A stretch of DNA of 64,000 bases. Source: Lama glama. Taxonomy: Eukaryota. The notes below the pieces were generated by a model that searched no databases, was not told where the DNA came from, and saw nothing but the letters and a program-made list of their open reading frames with translations. Positions 61,793 to 64,000 of the stretch are shown piece after piece. Within the stretch, counting starts at the first letter, position 1, and each line of letters opens with the position of its first letter. Both the position numbers and the translations under genes were made by a program. The stretch lies in assembly GCA_028534125.1 (NCBI GenBank), contig CM052817.1, positions 43,464,001 to 43,528,000 on the forward strand. Direction: 5' to 3'.

Positions 61793-62829
61793 CAGCAATT
61801 ACCTTTTGATCAATTGATGGGTTGGCTGACTGTCAGCAGTGGTCAATCCTCCTATTTGGAAATTTGCTTTCTGCTTTGTTTCAAAATGTACACAGAGAGC
61901 ATTTCAGATATATACTCTCTCCCTCAGCCACCTGTTCAGGAGTCTTCTTTTTAAATTCTTCCAGTCCGCAGGGACCTCTGGCTTTCTTCACTCAACCTCT
62001 CAACCCAAGTACATTCCCACCCGTCACTGCCGGCTCACACCAGCCCTCCCTCCTTTTACGTACACGTGCTTCCTAGCAGAGGCTGCTTCTCACTCCAGAT
62101 ACTATCGTCTCGGTGGCAGGCCAGTGTCACCGGCTCCTTGTCAGTGACAGCAGCCAGTGTCCTTGGGGAGTTAAAGGGTAAATGCCTCGAGGTCTTTGAG
62201 TTAGTGCAAACTTGACATCTGCCGACCTTTAGAGCATACATCTGGCTTAATTGAGCAGGAAAGTGATGCTGGCAGAAAAAGATTAAAATGCTCAGGGTAA
62301 TGGCAGCTTGCTTTTCTTTCCTTGTTCTCTTCCAAATCCACACAGAAGCCACCTGTGACTTGTCCGTATCGAGTGAGATTTCTCACACCAGCGATGCGGA
62401 TGGATCCCTGCACAGCTTTCAGCCAGCAGCTGCTAAGAGCTCTCTCTCTCCTCTAAGACAAGTGTTTGTCATGTCCCCAGGATCATCTCATTTGTACTGT
62501 TGCCCTGCTCAGTAAACAAAATGAGGACTGTAACTCAAGGAAGTTTTATGGACTGCAGATTGTTACTGATTTAGTGGACTTGGTTATTTAAAAAAAAAAG
62601 CCATCACACCCTTTCAATAGGTATGACCATCACAATAAACTCAATTCGAACCTTTCCTTCACCATTTGGTGCCTACCTGTGGACCTGGCGATGTCCACAG
62701 GGCAGCCAGCTGATCTAAAGACTGACAGGAAGACAAGAAGGAAGGGAAGAAGAGGGCCAGGGAGAGGACAACGAGAAGAAGAGAGGGAAAATGGGCAGAG
62801 GTGCACAAGGAGATGTTATGTCACTGCAG

Positions 62830-63003
62830 CAGTACAGCAGTTAAGAGGCAGTTAAGATCTGAAGTCAGAAGAATGAGCATGAGTCCCAGCGCTGCCCCTT
62901 ATGAGCTATGGGACTTTGGGCAAGTTTCTTAGCCTCTCTATTTCTTCATCTGAAAAATAAGGATGGTAACAACTACCTCATGAACTTGTCATGAGGATTA
63001 AAC
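62830..63003 (+). mobile_element. MIR SINE
   Basis: 'actttgggcaagtttcttagcctctct...catctgaaaaataaggatggtaacaactacctcatg...tgaggattaaa'. Confidence 0.7.
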
Positions 63004-63099
63004 ACCAAACACTCACACAGCATGTATTCTGTGCCAGGCACTGTGCTAAATTCCCTGCATACATTAACTCATCCTAGCAACAGCCTTCTGAGTTGGGTG

Positions 63100-63557
63100 T
63101 GTGTTAGTTTTCCATTGCTGCTGTAACAAATGACCATAAATTCAGTGACTTAAAAACAACACAAACTTCTTATACAGCTTAAGAGATTAGAAGTCCTAAA
63201 ATCAAAGCATTAGCAGGACTACAGTCCTTCAAGAAGCTCTACGGCTAGATCATTCCCTTGTCTTTTCCCAGCTCCTGCCTGCATGCTCATGGCCCCTTCC
63301 TGACACTCTGACCATCACTCTGACCTCTGCTTCTGTCTCAGATCTTCCTGTCTGATTCCAACACTCCTGCCTCCCTCATACAGAGACCCTTGTGATTACA
63401 GCAGCCCATTCAGATAACCCAGGATAACCATCCCCAACTCAAGATCCTTGTCTTCATCACACCTACAAAGTCTCTTTTGCCATCTGAGGCAGCTGTTCAC
63501 AAGTGCTGGTGATTAGGACGTGGACATCTCTGAGGAACCAGTATTCCGTTCACCACA
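63100..63557 (-). mobile_element. MaLR solo LTR (MLT1-like) inserted in a reverse MIR
   Basis: Starts tgtgttagttttccattgctgctgtaacaaatgaccataaa and ends gattaggacgtggacatct...caccaca. Reverse-MIR halves at about 63020-63099 and 63558-63635. Confidence 0.8.
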
Positions 63558-64000
63558 GGTATCACAGTTGTTCCCATTTTACAAATGGGAAACTAACATG
63601 GGAAGAGATTAAGGAACTTGCCCAAGGTCATGCTTTCCCTCCCAATACATTCCTGCCTCTCAGCGGGTGAATGTTCAGAAAGCTCTTGGAACAGTGCTGG
63701 GCACAGGAAGCACTAGGCCAGGTTAACTCTTACTCCCACGCAGCGGTGTTAAAGGTAGAACAGACAATAAGTACTTCAGCTTTAAGTCAGTGATACCAAC
63801 ACCAAAGGCAGGTTGGCCCTCGGCTGGCCCAAGAGTGGCCTTGTCCCCACGCTACTTGGAAGGCCATGAGGTGTGGATGGGGAGTTTAGGATCTGGAGAA
63901 AGGAAGCCTCTCCCTCCAGCGGTGGGTCTGGAGTGAGCAGCCTGAGCCTCGTGGTTTGCACGTGCAGGGCGAGGCTAGAGTGAGCAGTTACCCTCACAAG

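Larger units (their letters stand above)
1..64000 (-). other. FRAS1: Internal part of the FRAS1 gene: 14 coding exons plus introns; the gene continues beyond both window edges
   Basis: Chain of 14 GT-AG exons in one open frame. It encodes tandem furin-like repeats (C-x2-C-x2-C-x-G-P...) followed by CSPG repeats, an architecture diagnostic of FRAS1. No start or stop codon of the gene lies in the window. Confidence 0.96.

Noticed and set aside
1..64000. A novel prokaryote-type system (CRISPR array, defence island, operon, retron)
   Set aside because: The sequence is intron-rich mammalian DNA. It has no regularly spaced direct-repeat array and no gene-dense region.

Overview
Mammalian genomic DNA, very likely a camelid, judging from two Vic-1-type tRNA-derived SINEs and cetartiodactyl-type L1 3' ends. 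The whole window lies inside the FRAS1 gene (Fraser extracellular matrix complex subunit 1) on the minus strand. I found 14 GT-AG exons by hand, between 56819 and 319, which splice into one uninterrupted 2297-nt frame. Eleven phase-1/phase-1 exons each encode one furin-like Cys-rich repeat, and three more encode the first CSPG (NG2) repeats. Exon sizes match my recollection of human exons 16-29; that numbering is from memory and was not checked. The introns hold ordinary repeats: L1, L2, CR1/L3, MIR, LTRs, hAT and Tc1/mariner MITEs, and microsatellites. Repeat family names come from recalled consensus sequences, and boundaries of old repeats are approximate. I found no evidence of a new biological system. 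The most interesting points are an L1 whose 5' UTR is joined directly to its 3' UTR (possibly a spliced retrocopy), nested insertions with readable target-site duplications (TSDs), and patchy CpG/GC enrichment across otherwise equivalent exons.
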